Positions 19,331 through 29,350 of a stretch of DNA of 64,000 nucleotides are shown here, piece by piece. Source of the stretch: Parcubacteria group bacterium. Its GTDB lineage: Bacteria > Patescibacteriota > Minisyncoccia > Phycocordibacterales > UBA2135. The translations under genes were made by a program, and so were the position numbers. Positions within the stretch are counted from its first letter, which is position 1, and every line of letters starts with the position of its first letter. Below the pieces are notes generated by a model that did no database searches, was not told the origin of the DNA, and was given only the letters and a program-made list of their open reading frames with translations. The stretch is from the NCBI GenBank assembly GCA_016204045.1, contig JACQLQ010000004.1, positions 24,981 to 88,980 on the forward strand. Direction: 5' to 3'.

Positions 19331-20455
19331 TTACTCATGCGAAAGGGCGATCCGGATCGCTTCGCGCGCTATCTTCTCCTCTGCCCCCGCCAGGAAAAAG
19401 GCCTTTGCCGCATCCCCCATCCTCTTCCGTTCGACTTCGTTTTGCATGAGTCGCTTAATCTCTGATACGAGGACGTGCGGCGTAAGGTTTTTCTCCTCAA
19501 TAACAACGCAAGCGCCAGAACGTGCATAGTTAAAGGCATTCCGTCGTTGGTGGTCGCCGTTTGACTCCGTTATGGGAATAATGATGCTGGGCAATCCCCA
19601 GGCTGCAATCTCAAAGAGACCTGAACCCGCTCGCGAAATGACGAGGGATGCCGCCCCAGCACTCATGCGAAGCGCCAGAGTATTTAAATACCCAAATGGT
19701 TTGTACCGCACTCGAAGTGTGTCGTCTTTTACAATTACATTTGCAAGATTTTTAACTTCCTCAAAATTGGCATCTCCCACTTGGTGAATGATCTGATACT
19801 CTGCCAAAATTTCAGGGAGTGTATCTAGAATGGTTTTATTGATGATTTGCGCCCCCTGTGAGCCCCCCCAAATGAGAACAACCGGTCTCCCCTCTTCCAA
19901 ATGCAAATACTCGTGAGCTCCCTCTTTTGCTGGGGTTTGAATTGCACGGCGCACGGGTTGGCCTGTGAGAGCAACATTATCTCCCTTGAAGTACTGGGCC
20001 GCCTCTGGCCAGGAAATAGCAATGCGATCTGCAAATGTGCCTGTCCAAAGATTGGTTCTGCCCGGCACAGAATCCGACTCATGGACAATGACGGGGATGC
20101 GCAAAATGCGTGCGGCCAAGACCGGGGGAAAGCTTACATACCCACCCTTTGAAATAACAACATCTGGGTAGATAAGGAACATCTTCCAAATCGCAACAAG
20201 AATACCCAATGCTGTTTTAAAAAGGTCAGTGATATTCAAAAGCGAAAAATAAGTCCTCAATTTACCTGCGGAGATACGCTTAAATGCAATACTGTTATCA
20301 AACAAGAGCGCCTCGTCAAAGGGGTTGTTTGACATGTAATACAGCCGGGGTGGGACCAGCTTCTCTTCTTTTGCAATAGTGTTGAGCGATTCTGCGACCG
20401 CAATAAGCGGATAAAAATGCCCTGCGGTGCCACCACCTGTAAAAACGATCTTCAT
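19331..20455 (-). CDS. murG: MurG glycosyltransferase
   Basis: GGGTAGHFYP, KGGYVS, GGSQGA, SRAG, HQRRNA. Confidence 0.96.
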   Translation of the reverse strand: MKIVFTGGGTAGHFYPLIAVAESLNTIAKEEKLVPPRLYYMSNNPFDEALLFDNSIAFKRISAGKLRTYFSLLNITDLFKTALGILVAIWKMFLIYPDVVISKGGYVSFPPVLAARILRIPVIVHESDSVPGRTNLWTGTFADRIAISWPEAAQYFKGDNVALTGQPVRRAIQTPAKEGAHEYLHLEEGRPVVLIWGGSQGAQIINKTILDTLPEILAEYQIIHQVGDANFEEVKNLANVIVKDDTLRVRYKPFGYLNTLALRMSAGAASLVISRAGSGLFEIAAWGLPSIIIPITESNGDHQRRNAFNYARSGACVVIEEKNLTPHVLVSEIKRLMQNEVERKRMGDAAKAFFLAGAEEKIAREAIRIALSHE

Positions 20456-20466
20456 GTGTGTATGTA

Positions 20467-21558
20467 TTATGTCTTACTGTACCGTGAGATATTGAGGACG
20501 ATACCCACACCGGCAAGCACGACAATCAATGCCGACCCCCCATGAGAAACAAACGGGAGTGGCAAGCCAGAGAGTGGCAGTATTGCGAGCATTGCGCCGA
20601 TATTTGCAAAGGCCTGCCACCCTATGAGTATAACAATTCCGACAACCGTTAGTCGAGAAAAATAATCGGGGGCGTGTTTTGCAATAGAAAGGCCCCGAAA
20701 TACAAAGAGCATAAACAACGCTACCAAAACAACTCCCCCGATAAAACCAAACTCTTCGGCAAAGACGGCAAAAATGGAGTCTGCGATCGGCTCCGGCAAG
20801 AAACCAAACTTCTGGACGCTCTCGCCAAAACCCCGTCCCAATACACCACCGGAGCCGATGGCTATGAGCGATTGCTGAATTTGATACCCAATACCGAGAG
20901 GGTCGTGCGCTGGATTAAAAAAAGTGATAAGCCGCTCTTTAACGTACGGCTTAAAATACGCGAGAGCGAGGAGGCCACCTAGCGCCACCCCCCCGAGCGC
21001 AAAGATGTCTCGCCAACGGGCCCCACTGGCGACAAGGAGGGCGATCCCAGAACCAAAGATTAGTCCAAAAGTTCCCGTATCCGGCTGGAGGAGCAACAGC
21101 ACTCCCACGAGAGAAATAAGAACTAAAAAGGGTAGGATACTAAACGTAAAGGAATATACCCTTTCGCGCATAGCCGCAAGCCACGTCGCGAAATACAAAA
21201 TGAATCCAAGCTTTAGGATTTCTGATGGCTGGAACGAAAAAGGTCCGAGGGAGAGCCATCGAGAAGCACCGCCGTGTGAAAAACCGATTTCAGGAACAAA
21301 GACGAGCGCTGTCGTAATGAGTGACAGGATGAAAAACGGGAGCGCGTACCGTTTTATAAAACGGTAGTGAATCCTCGAAAACACAAACATCAAAAAGAGG
21401 CCGATACAAACCCCAACCGCCTGATTTGTGACCACGCTCTTGAACAGGGCGCCATCTCGAGCGAGAAGACTCAAGGCCGCAGAGAAAAATATAAAAAAGC
21501 CCCCAAAGAGAAGCGTGAGAACAATCCCTAGAAACCATTTATCAACGGGTTTGCGCAT
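20467..21558 (-). CDS. ftsW: Peptidoglycan polymerase FtsW
   Basis: GASRW, FQPSE, QPDTGT, GYQIQQSLIAIGSGG, LPFVSHGGS; lies between mraY and murG. Confidence 0.92.
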   Translation of the reverse strand: MRKPVDKWFLGIVLTLLFGGFFIFFSAALSLLARDGALFKSVVTNQAVGVCIGLFLMFVFSRIHYRFIKRYALPFFILSLITTALVFVPEIGFSHGGASRWLSLGPFSFQPSEILKLGFILYFATWLAAMRERVYSFTFSILPFLVLISLVGVLLLLQPDTGTFGLIFGSGIALLVASGARWRDIFALGGVALGGLLALAYFKPYVKERLITFFNPAHDPLGIGYQIQQSLIAIGSGGVLGRGFGESVQKFGFLPEPIADSIFAVFAEEFGFIGGVVLVALFMLFVFRGLSIAKHAPDYFSRLTVVGIVILIGWQAFANIGAMLAILPLSGLPLPFVSHGGSALIVVLAGVGIVLNISRYSKT

Positions 21559-21583
21559 AGAACCAACAACTCACAACCTGCAA

Positions 21584-22645
21584 CTAACCAACGAGTGCGA
21601 GTATCACACCCAAAAGGGCGAAGATCGCTCCCAAGACCCAAAAACGCATTACCACCTTATACGGGGGCCATCCAAGCGCTTCAAAATGATGATGGATGGG
21701 GGCCACGCGAAAGATTTTCTTGCCGAAATATTTTTTCGAAATGAGCTGGAGAATATTTGAGCCGGAGGCGAGAAAGAGCGGAAACGCAATGAGAAAGAGC
21801 GGCAACACTGCATCTGTTAAAAACGCGATGACGGTGAGCGTGGTCGTCAGTCCGAGCATTCCCGTTTCTGACATATAGAAGCGCGCTGGCGGAATATTGA
21901 ACCAGAGAAATGCGAGGAGGCCTCCCGCAACAACAGTTGAGAACGCAGCAATATCGATTTGGTTTTGGAAAAAGGCGATCCCTGCAAAAGCTGCAAACAT
22001 GATTGCAAGCACTCCCCCAGCAAGGCCATCAATGCCGTCAATGATGCTCCCCGAGAAAAGTGCGAGCATTACTATCATAAAGAGCGGTATGAAAAGAAGT
22101 CCTAAATACACCTCGCCCAGAAAAGGCACCGCGAGACTTGCAACTCCGAGTTTTGCGAAAAACCACCAACCGCCCAAGGCACCGAGAGTCAGGACAACGG
22201 CAATACGTGTGCGAAGTGGCAATCCCCCACCCATGTGCTTCCCCTTACCTGTCACGACGAGAATGTCATCAACTAAACCAACGAGTGAAGCCGCAATCAA
22301 AGTAAAAAAGGGCAGCCATGTCTGATTACGAGAAAGGAAGTTTAACTTCTCCGCCTCTTCACTAGGAAACACTTCTTTGAGAGACCAGAAGAGAAGTGTG
22401 GTTATAGCGACAGATGCCCAAATCACGATACCCCCCATGCGTGGCACTTTTGTTTCCTGTTGCTGACTCGGGAGTGTGGGTATAATGCGCGCATCTTCCC
22501 CGCTTATAGTCTTGGTCTTTTGATCTTTCCGCCACAGCTTATATTTGTAGAGATAATGTGTAAGGAGTGGTGTTGCGGCAATACCTATAAAAAAAGCCAC
22601 CGCTCCGGGGACCATGACTTTGACAACGTCGAGAGCCTCTATCAT
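21584..22645 (-). CDS. mraY: Phospho-N-acetylmuramoyl-pentapeptide transferase
   Basis: PRMGG, GLVDD, DGIDGL, FLWFNIPPA, APIHHHFE. Confidence 0.95.
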   Translation of the reverse strand: MIEALDVVKVMVPGAVAFFIGIAATPLLTHYLYKYKLWRKDQKTKTISGEDARIIPTLPSQQQETKVPRMGGIVIWASVAITTLLFWSLKEVFPSEEAEKLNFLSRNQTWLPFFTLIAASLVGLVDDILVVTGKGKHMGGGLPLRTRIAVVLTLGALGGWWFFAKLGVASLAVPFLGEVYLGLLFIPLFMIVMLALFSGSIIDGIDGLAGGVLAIMFAAFAGIAFFQNQIDIAAFSTVVAGGLLAFLWFNIPPARFYMSETGMLGLTTTLTVIAFLTDAVLPLFLIAFPLFLASGSNILQLISKKYFGKKIFRVAPIHHHFEALGWPPYKVVMRFWVLGAIFALLGVILALVG

Positions 22646-22690
22646 TCACAAACTATAGCATTGACCGTATAAACAAAAAAGAGCCCCCGC

Positions 22691-22727
22691 AGCCTCCGTG
22701 TCGAAGCTTTCGCTCGACACGGAGGCT
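22691..22727. terminator. Strong hairpin downstream of the GC-rich orphan gene
   Basis: agcctccgtgtcga-N9-tcgacacggaggct, followed on the minus strand by a T-tract. Confidence 0.6.
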
Positions 22728-22795
22728 TTGGGAAGCCCTGCGCACCAGGTTAAGGTGCCAATCTACGCGGTTACTAAAGTGCTACTAGGGTGCGG

Positions 22796-24472
22796 TTAGG
22801 CGCTGGCGGAGCGAGTCTGCTCGCCGACGTCGTCACCTTCGGTCTCGGTCGCCGCGGCCGCCGCCTGCTGCTGCTTCTCGGTCGCTCCGAGGTTGCAGCG
22901 GAGGAAGAAGCGCGCGGGGTTGTTCACCCCCGAGTACCGCTTGCCGGTCTTGTCGTCCGGATCAAGCTCGTAGAAGGACGACCCGGCGGGGATCTCCGCG
23001 AGGAGCACGGCGTGACACGCTGCCACACCGTGGATGATGATGCGAGGCTTGTTGTCCTCGCCCACCACACGTTCCACCGCCATCGGGACCGTACCCAGCT
23101 TGGCGACCGTGGTCTTCGTCCGCGTACCGTCGCGAACGATCTCACCGTCCTTGTAGACGGGAAGCGTCGGCTCGAACTCCGAGACGACGAGGACCGCGAC
23201 GCCAGTGGCACCACCGTGGAAGTCGGCTGCGGAGATGAGCTTCTTGCCCTTCCCTGCGGCCTTCTTCGCGATGGTGGTCACCTCGGTCAGGGCATGCTCG
23301 GCGGCTTCCCGCTCCGCATTGGCGCGCTCGATCAGGACGCGCTCGTGCTTGAAGGCCCGAGACGCGATCATGAACGCGGCGAACGCCGTGCCCTTGTACG
23401 TGGTGCTCGCCTGCTTCGGCGTCAAGCCGAGGTCGGCGATCGCGACGGTGATGCCCGCTTCCGCGATCTGCGTGATCTTGTTGCGGAAGTAGGAGTTGCC
23501 GTGGCCGGCGACGAAGGTGACCTTGCCGTCGGCTGCGGTGACACGCACCTTGCCGCCGTCGTATTGATCGTCACCAGGGTCGGTGACGACGAGGTCACCT
23601 TCCCCACCCTTGTCCGCGACGCCGATGGCGTTGAGGTTCGGGGTGAGACCCTCGTTCAGGGCATCCAGGCTATCGCGCCAACGCTGGCTCGCTTCGCGAG
23701 CAAGCGCCGAGGCGAGATCGCCCAAGACCTCGAACGGGTTCTTGTACGCCGGCACCGCGACACCCTTGACGACGAGGTCCTTGGGCCACGTCGTCCGCAT
23801 GTCGGCTGCCGTCGCCTTGAACTCCGGCGACATCTCGATCCAGCGGTCGCGCCCGACCTTGACGACACCAACCTTGCGGGTGTTGCCGTCGGTGACCGGA
23901 CGCGCGACGCCGAGCGCAATGGCACGATCGGCGACGTGGCCGAGGTCGAACCAGTTGCTGGGGCACAGGAGGGCGATCGCCGTCACGTACGCGAACTTCG
24001 CGTGCCGCGAGATGACCGGCGCCTCATCGGGAGTGAACTGCCCGAAGGAGGCGTTGAAGCGCCGCTGGAGCGCCGAGTCGGCGTCGAGCTTGTCGCGACG
24101 AGCGCGCAGCATGTCCTTCTCCGTCGCCGTGCCACGAGTCGCGAGCTGGCTCGCGATCGCGAGACGGTCCGAACGCTGGCTCCAGACGATCTGGGCAACG
24201 CTGCCCGGAAGGGCATAGAGGACGGAGTTGAACGTGCTGCTCCGCTCGTCCATCTGCTGACGGCGCGCTTCCTCCGCACCGGTGTCCGGTGCGTCGGTAT
24301 GCGTGCCGCCGAGGTCGGCGTCGAGATCGAACACGAGCTTGTCGGTCGCCGCGGGGGCGCCGGCCTTCTTGGTCTGCTTCACGGACTGCTCCTTGGTGGG
24401 GTTGGTCTTGGCATGCTCCAACGCCTCCGCAAAGGAGGTCGTCGATTGACGGCGAGGAGTGCTCTTACCCAT
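22796..24472 (-). CDS. Hypothetical protein (558 aa, GC-rich orphan)
   Basis: Long ORF with strong G/C-ending codon bias, SD gaagga, TTGACA-17-TATACT promoter; no family recognised. Confidence 0.8.
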   Translation of the reverse strand: MGKSTPRRQSTTSFAEALEHAKTNPTKEQSVKQTKKAGAPAATDKLVFDLDADLGGTHTDAPDTGAEEARRQQMDERSSTFNSVLYALPGSVAQIVWSQRSDRLAIASQLATRGTATEKDMLRARRDKLDADSALQRRFNASFGQFTPDEAPVISRHAKFAYVTAIALLCPSNWFDLGHVADRAIALGVARPVTDGNTRKVGVVKVGRDRWIEMSPEFKATAADMRTTWPKDLVVKGVAVPAYKNPFEVLGDLASALAREASQRWRDSLDALNEGLTPNLNAIGVADKGGEGDLVVTDPGDDQYDGGKVRVTAADGKVTFVAGHGNSYFRNKITQIAEAGITVAIADLGLTPKQASTTYKGTAFAAFMIASRAFKHERVLIERANAEREAAEHALTEVTTIAKKAAGKGKKLISAADFHGGATGVAVLVVSEFEPTLPVYKDGEIVRDGTRTKTTVAKLGTVPMAVERVVGEDNKPRIIIHGVAACHAVLLAEIPAGSSFYELDPDDKTGKRYSGVNNPARFFLRCNLGATEKQQQAAAAATETEGDDVGEQTRSASA

Positions 24473-24592
24473 CTTGGGTTTCCTTCTTCAGTGCTCCTTC
24501 GGAACATCCCACAATGGGATGTCTCGTGGAGCGATAAACATACTCAAGGTTACACGAGACCCTGCCTTCTTAGGGGCAAGGTATCTGTAGTA

Positions 24593-24622
24593 TAGTATAG
24601 CAAATTAAAAGAGCCCTGTCAA
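24593..24622 (-). promoter_or_regulatory. Sigma70 promoter TTGACA-17-TATACT whose -35 is embedded in the upstream gene's terminator hairpin (24611-24642)
   Basis: Minus strand: gagccctgtcaag-gtagca-cTTGACAgggctcttttaatttgcTATACT. Confidence 0.7.
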
Positions 24623-24661
24623 GTGCTACCTTGACAGGGCTCGGGGGGTGCCGATATGGCC

Positions 24662-24737
24662 TTATTTCGTCAAGCGAGGACGGCAAGTGGAGACGCTTTA
24701 GGCGGCTCCACTTGCTCCGAGCGAAGACGAAATATAA
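24662..24737 (-). repeat. Palindromic element (TTTCGTC/GACGAAA family, copy 2)
   Basis: Same arms as the pduO insert, with a different but fully paired inner stem gcaagtggag/ctccacttgc. Confidence 0.85.
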
Positions 24738-24749
24738 GACGAAGTGCTT

Positions 24750-26174
24750 TTACACCCCAAGGATAAATAAAGAACCGTTTCGATCCCGCGTGGGTGGGAA
24801 ATGTATTTTTGTCTTCCCATCCGCCGCAAATGACGAGGCATCGGCACCCGAAATATAGCGTTGCACACCACGCTTGTCACCATGGACAAAGACCAAATGT
24901 TGCGGGTTCATGCCCCGCGCAAACTGCTCCAGTTGGTCCGTCTCAGCGTGACCAGACATGCGTTCATCGATAACAGTGGCGTTGATCGGATACCACTGCT
25001 TCCGACGGCTTTTTCTGCCATCGGGTAGCTGGATCGCCTTACTCTCGAGGAATCTGTCCGCCATGGCTTCGCGGAGCAAACCTGCTGGTGTGTCCTCACA
25101 GGCGTAGCCTGACAAGAAAACACCATGTCCCCTTATGGGCAAGAGTAGCTTCATCCACTCAACCGCGGCCCCTTGCCCCATGCCGCCAGTTGCGATGACA
25201 ACACCCGACCAACCGGACTTGAGCAGCTTTTCGCGGTCCGCTTGACCTTGTACACCTTGCACGGTGTGCAGATGCGCGCTGGGGAGGAACCCCCTCGTCA
25301 TCTCGGCGACCTTGATGCCGACTCCGTCCAGGAGGATCTTCTCGGGTGGCATTCCGTTTCTCACCAAATCTTCCACAAACCACTGAACGCGATCGCGGAA
25401 TGAAAGGATGAGCGCTATGCCACCATGGTCGACGATGTTTTCTACTCCGGAGAAAAACTCCTCTTTTGCCTCCTCGCGGCTTTTCCGCGATTTGGCATTA
25501 AGATTTGTCGCCTCAGAGATGAGCATCGTTGTCCGACGCATCTGCAAGAAGAGTGCTGGAGACAAGTGCGGGTTCGGGGTAAATGAAATGTCCCCGGTGT
25601 GGAAGATCGTCTCACCCCAGGCTTCGATGCCCGGCGAAACAGATCCCAATGTGTGCCCGGCGTCTGCCGGCAGCAACTTGATGCCTTCCGCGAGTTGGAT
25701 TTCCCGACGCGGCTTAATGAAATTGATACCGCTTTTGATGCGGGCGATGTGCGCACGGGTGAAGCGTGGCGTATGGTCTGCCCACCCCCTCCCCTGCATA
25801 TCTCGCGCATCTTCTTCCCATAGCATCGCCGCAAATGCGGCTGTTTCTCGTGTCATCAAGATGCGAATGGGCAATCCCGGAAATTCCTGCTCCACTCCGA
25901 GCACAATGAGGATCAGTGCACCGCTGTGGTCAAAGTGTTCGTGTGTGAGCACAATGACAAGTTCAGTCACACCTGAACGCAAGAGCTCATAGAGCCCCTG
26001 CATGTCGGGCAAACTCTTGTCATAGTGCTCGGGGTCACGCGACGTTCGAGGGTCGCGCCCCGCATCAATCATGACGGCTATCTTTTGCCGTCCACTTTGG
26101 AGCAAAATCACGTGGCAGCTTGCGCCAATTTTCTGCGCGCCACCAAGGAAAGCAACACTAATACTTCGAGACAT
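24750..26174 (-). CDS. Metallo-beta-lactamase / beta-CASP ribonuclease (CPSF73/Ysh1-like)
   Basis: FLGGAQKIGASC, IDAG, THEHFDHSGA, AGHTLGS, TGD, SEAT, SGHAE, FVHGD. Confidence 0.9.
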   Translation of the reverse strand: MSRSISVAFLGGAQKIGASCHVILLQSGRQKIAVMIDAGRDPRTSRDPEHYDKSLPDMQGLYELLRSGVTELVIVLTHEHFDHSGALILIVLGVEQEFPGLPIRILMTRETAAFAAMLWEEDARDMQGRGWADHTPRFTRAHIARIKSGINFIKPRREIQLAEGIKLLPADAGHTLGSVSPGIEAWGETIFHTGDISFTPNPHLSPALFLQMRRTTMLISEATNLNAKSRKSREEAKEEFFSGVENIVDHGGIALILSFRDRVQWFVEDLVRNGMPPEKILLDGVGIKVAEMTRGFLPSAHLHTVQGVQGQADREKLLKSGWSGVVIATGGMGQGAAVEWMKLLLPIRGHGVFLSGYACEDTPAGLLREAMADRFLESKAIQLPDGRKSRRKQWYPINATVIDERMSGHAETDQLEQFARGMNPQHLVFVHGDKRGVQRYISGADASSFAADGKTKIHFPPTRDRNGSLFILGV

Positions 26175-26334
26175 CCGTAATGCCTTTCGTCGCTTCGTGT
26201 GAAAGACCAAGAGTCTTACTCAAGTATACTACTATAAAATAAAGAAAAAGTCAAATCGACTACGTTTTGGGCTGTATATGCAAAAACCCTCCGCTGCGCG
26301 TGGAACGCACAGCAGAGGGTGTGGCACAAAGTGC

Positions 26335-26943
26335 CTAGACAGAAGTTGGGGCCTGACAGGCCGTGAGGAAAGGGCCATCCGTAAGGACGATCGTGTGACG
26401 CGGCGGCTTCTTCTTTGCCGCATCGCTGTAGCCGCGCGTGTCGATGAGCTCGACGGTGTCAGCGCGCGGCGGCGGGTTGTCATACACGTGGCAGAACTGC
26501 CAGGTGCTTGCCGCCCGCTCAGCGAAGCTTCGCTTTGCGAGCTCAATGTTGGCGAGCATCTCCGCATGCTCCTTCGGTGTCGCCTGAGCCAACCTGTGGT
26601 CGAGCGCGGCTTGCCGCTCGAATGCGAAGTTGGCGACGTACTGCGTGCCCGACGCACGGTCGAGCGACAGACCATGGACACCTGCCAGCACGAAGTCGAG
26701 GGACGCCAGTTGGCCGAGGATCTCCGGCGACACGGCGACAGACGGCAGGTTGTCGATGACCTTCACCCCCGGACGAACACCCTGCTGCGCTTGGCGCGCT
26801 TGCATGGCACCGTTCAGAGGACGCTCGACCAACGGCGCCCCAACGGGTATGACCGACGCGTTCGGGCTGTTGAACTTGAACAGGATGACCCGCGAAACGG
26901 ACCCCCCACTAAGCTCGACTCCACCAATGGTCTTTGTGGCCAT
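26335..26943 (-). CDS. Hypothetical protein (GC-rich orphan)
   Basis: SD ggaaggag before ATG 26943, TTGACT promoter, biased codons. Confidence 0.7.
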   Translation of the reverse strand: MATKTIGGVELSGGSVSRVILFKFNSPNASVIPVGAPLVERPLNGAMQARQAQQGVRPGVKVIDNLPSVAVSPEILGQLASLDFVLAGVHGLSLDRASGTQYVANFAFERQAALDHRLAQATPKEHAEMLANIELAKRSFAERAASTWQFCHVYDNPPPRADTVELIDTRGYSDAAKKKPPRHTIVLTDGPFLTACQAPTSV

Positions 26944-27067
26944 CGGGTTTCTCCTTCCGTAAAACAAGGTTCAGATACAAGTGAATTTTATCATATTATA
27001 GACAAAAGTCAAGCCCCCGGTCGCACGAAGCGGCCGGGGGCATAATTATGAAAATATAATCAGTTTT

Positions 27068-28321
27068 CTACAGTGTCTGTGCGAGCTGTCCCGAAGAATC
27101 TGTCGGGGAACTCCCAAATATCTGCATGCGTTTCTTCGCCTCGTACGTCACGACGGGGAGGCCGTCGAGGAATGTCACTTCCGAGTGTTTCTTCCATTGG
27201 GCACTAAGTGCAGTTTCCCAGGAGAGAATCCATGGACGTACTCGGATGTTGATCAACCCAGCGAGTTCCTTTACGCGGTTAATTGCGTGAAGAAAATCAA
27301 TATCACCGGTGATGAGTGCGAGTATAAGCTCTTCGCCCTCCACCATCTCACCCATCTGTCTTACGGAGTGGTATACAATGTCCGCGGCCATCAAGGGGTC
27401 GGTGTCAGACTTTTCGTGGAAAATGATCTGGAAACTCCCCCGCGCGGCACTACCCCGCATATTCTTCTGCGCCGCAAAATTCTTCACGAGGCGCGGACTC
27501 GAATATACATACGCCCAACCACCAGCAAGAGAGAGCGGCTCATTCCCCGAAGGTCCGAGACAAACACGATGCATGAGCCCCGCCCAATCTACATCACGCA
27601 ATTCAACAAGGCGCTCTTTGGCGGCCGGGCCCGTAATTGGTTCGACGCGCTCACCGCTAAACTTGCGATTCTTTGCGATAAGCGCCTCGCTTTCTCCGCC
27701 CCTTCTCCGACCAGTCAGATTTGCCGCGTCGACAAAGACGAGTACGCGAGGACGCATCTTCCTCACTGGCGGAGTTTTGTCAGCTGGCGACACTCCCGCG
27801 CCGTGAGCGACAATCTTGCCCCACTCTGCCGCATGCTTCGCGCGCGCGGTAGCCGGTACGACTGCTGCCGGTGCCGATTTGGTTGCACGAGGCAGAAGCG
27901 GTGTTGCTGGCGAACTTGCCCCAGTCTCACTCTCGCCACCCTCTTTCGGAAGCGGTTTCCCATCCCTGCGAAAGATTCGAAACTTCCGCTCCGCTCTGAC
28001 TCCTGCACCACTTGGTGGCGTGGGGGTAGGAGGAGAAGCTACGGCGGTAAGCGGAGTTACGATCTCCTCTGGCCGCTTGATGAAGTGTATTGACTCAATC
28101 GACTTCCCTCTGCCACGGAATTCGAATACGGGCTTTAGCCACTGACATGCGGCTGCCTTATCAATATAGTGACGCCAATTGTTGGGCACATGAAGATATG
28201 CCCGGAAGAGCGTACGACCATCCCCAGCGGCCGTCGCTTTCTCATAAAGATGGCGGTAGACGATCGCGAGATTCTCTTCTGCGGCGCCTGCTCCCCGCTT
28301 CAAAACGGGCCTTGCTGACAT
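27068..28321 (-). CDS. NYN (LabA/DUF88, PIN-like) domain protein with basic Pro-rich N-terminal extension
   Basis: VFVDAANL, EKSDTDPLMAADI, LITGDIDFLHAINRVK. Confidence 0.82.
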   Translation of the reverse strand: MSARPVLKRGAGAAEENLAIVYRHLYEKATAAGDGRTLFRAYLHVPNNWRHYIDKAAACQWLKPVFEFRGRGKSIESIHFIKRPEEIVTPLTAVASPPTPTPPSGAGVRAERKFRIFRRDGKPLPKEGGESETGASSPATPLLPRATKSAPAAVVPATARAKHAAEWGKIVAHGAGVSPADKTPPVRKMRPRVLVFVDAANLTGRRRGGESEALIAKNRKFSGERVEPITGPAAKERLVELRDVDWAGLMHRVCLGPSGNEPLSLAGGWAYVYSSPRLVKNFAAQKNMRGSAARGSFQIIFHEKSDTDPLMAADIVYHSVRQMGEMVEGEELILALITGDIDFLHAINRVKELAGLINIRVRPWILSWETALSAQWKKHSEVTFLDGLPVVTYEAKKRMQIFGSSPTDSSGQLAQTL

Positions 28322-28415
28322 TGGGCGGCCTCACTTTCTTGTTTAGGTTCGGCTAGGGTTCTTTCGCGATTATGACAGATTTAGCTTATTAGTCAACCTC
28401 GTTATTTGATGCCCC

Positions 28416-29345
28416 TTATTGAGCGCTGATTTCTTCTAGTGTCGCCCAGACGAGTTTCTCCACATCAGAAAAGCGTCCCTCTTCGGTCCCCCCTAAGACA
28501 ACGACGGCGATTGGACGCGTTGGCCCCGCCTCAAACACCACAGCAAGATTACCTCCCGCAAGATCGGTGAACCCTGTTTTGGATGCAATGATCGCGGGGA
28601 GTGTTTCTATCGTCTTGTGGGTATTTTCCACATTATGCACTTTGTTATCGAGCGAGATGAATGTCCGTCTCGCGTACGGAGTCGCTTCGAAAATACTTGG
28701 GTGCTCCCGAAGTGCATACGAAAGGAGGAGCGCGAAGTCGCGCGCAGAGCCATACGCGCCGCTCAACCCCGCCGATACATCAAGTCCGGAAGGATTTATG
28801 AAAAATGTTTGCGTCATACGGAGCGCTCGCGCCTTTTCATTCATAAGGGTACGCATACTGCCCCCTTCTCCTTCTAATTCTCCTGGCGGAAGAGCCCCGA
28901 AGGTCGCCGCGGCCCCGAGTGCAGCCGCCCCATCATTGGAAGAAGTTACAAGCGTGAGGCCGATCAAATCTTTTGCCCGCCAACGCTCGCCTACCAGAAG
29001 CCCGCTATCGCCTTCTTCCGCCACGGCGTCTTTGCCAACAACAATCTCTGCATCTTTCTGCAGAGCCTCTTCTGCCAAGAGCGCCGTCATCACCTTTGTG
29101 AGCGATGCAAGCGACAACTGTGCTTCGGGATTCTTTTCGAAAAGTGGTTTCTCTAGAGCAATGTCCCACACCATAGCTGACCGAGCAGAGAGTTGAAGTC
29201 CTTCGTATGGAGAACCAAGGACGTCCGTCTCTGTACCTTTGCTCACTTCTCGAGGAGCTCCCAAAAACAACGCAGACACGAGAAAGACGAATAGCAGAGC
29301 CGCTGCTACCCATACTAGGTTGTGAATTGTGTATCGAGCTTCCAT
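28416..29345 (-). CDS. D-alanyl-D-alanine carboxypeptidase (S11)
   Basis: ASLTKVMT (SxxK), SSN, KTGFT. Confidence 0.92.
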   Translation of the reverse strand: MEARYTIHNLVWVAAALLFVFLVSALFLGAPREVSKGTETDVLGSPYEGLQLSARSAMVWDIALEKPLFEKNPEAQLSLASLTKVMTALLAEEALQKDAEIVVGKDAVAEEGDSGLLVGERWRAKDLIGLTLVTSSNDGAAALGAAATFGALPPGELEGEGGSMRTLMNEKARALRMTQTFFINPSGLDVSAGLSGAYGSARDFALLLSYALREHPSIFEATPYARRTFISLDNKVHNVENTHKTIETLPAIIASKTGFTDLAGGNLAVVFEAGPTRPIAVVVLGGTEEGRFSDVEKLVWATLEEISAQ

Positions 29346-29350
29346 ACTAG

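Noticed and set aside
22790-24595. 601-aa ORF on the plus strand
   Set aside because: Antisense shadow of the GC-rich minus-strand gene: Arg/Gly/Leu-rich low-information translation, while the promoter, SD and codon bias all favour the minus strand.
26278-28093. 255-aa and 302-aa plus-strand ORFs
   Set aside because: They are antisense to the orphan and NYN genes, which carry the motifs and expression signals.
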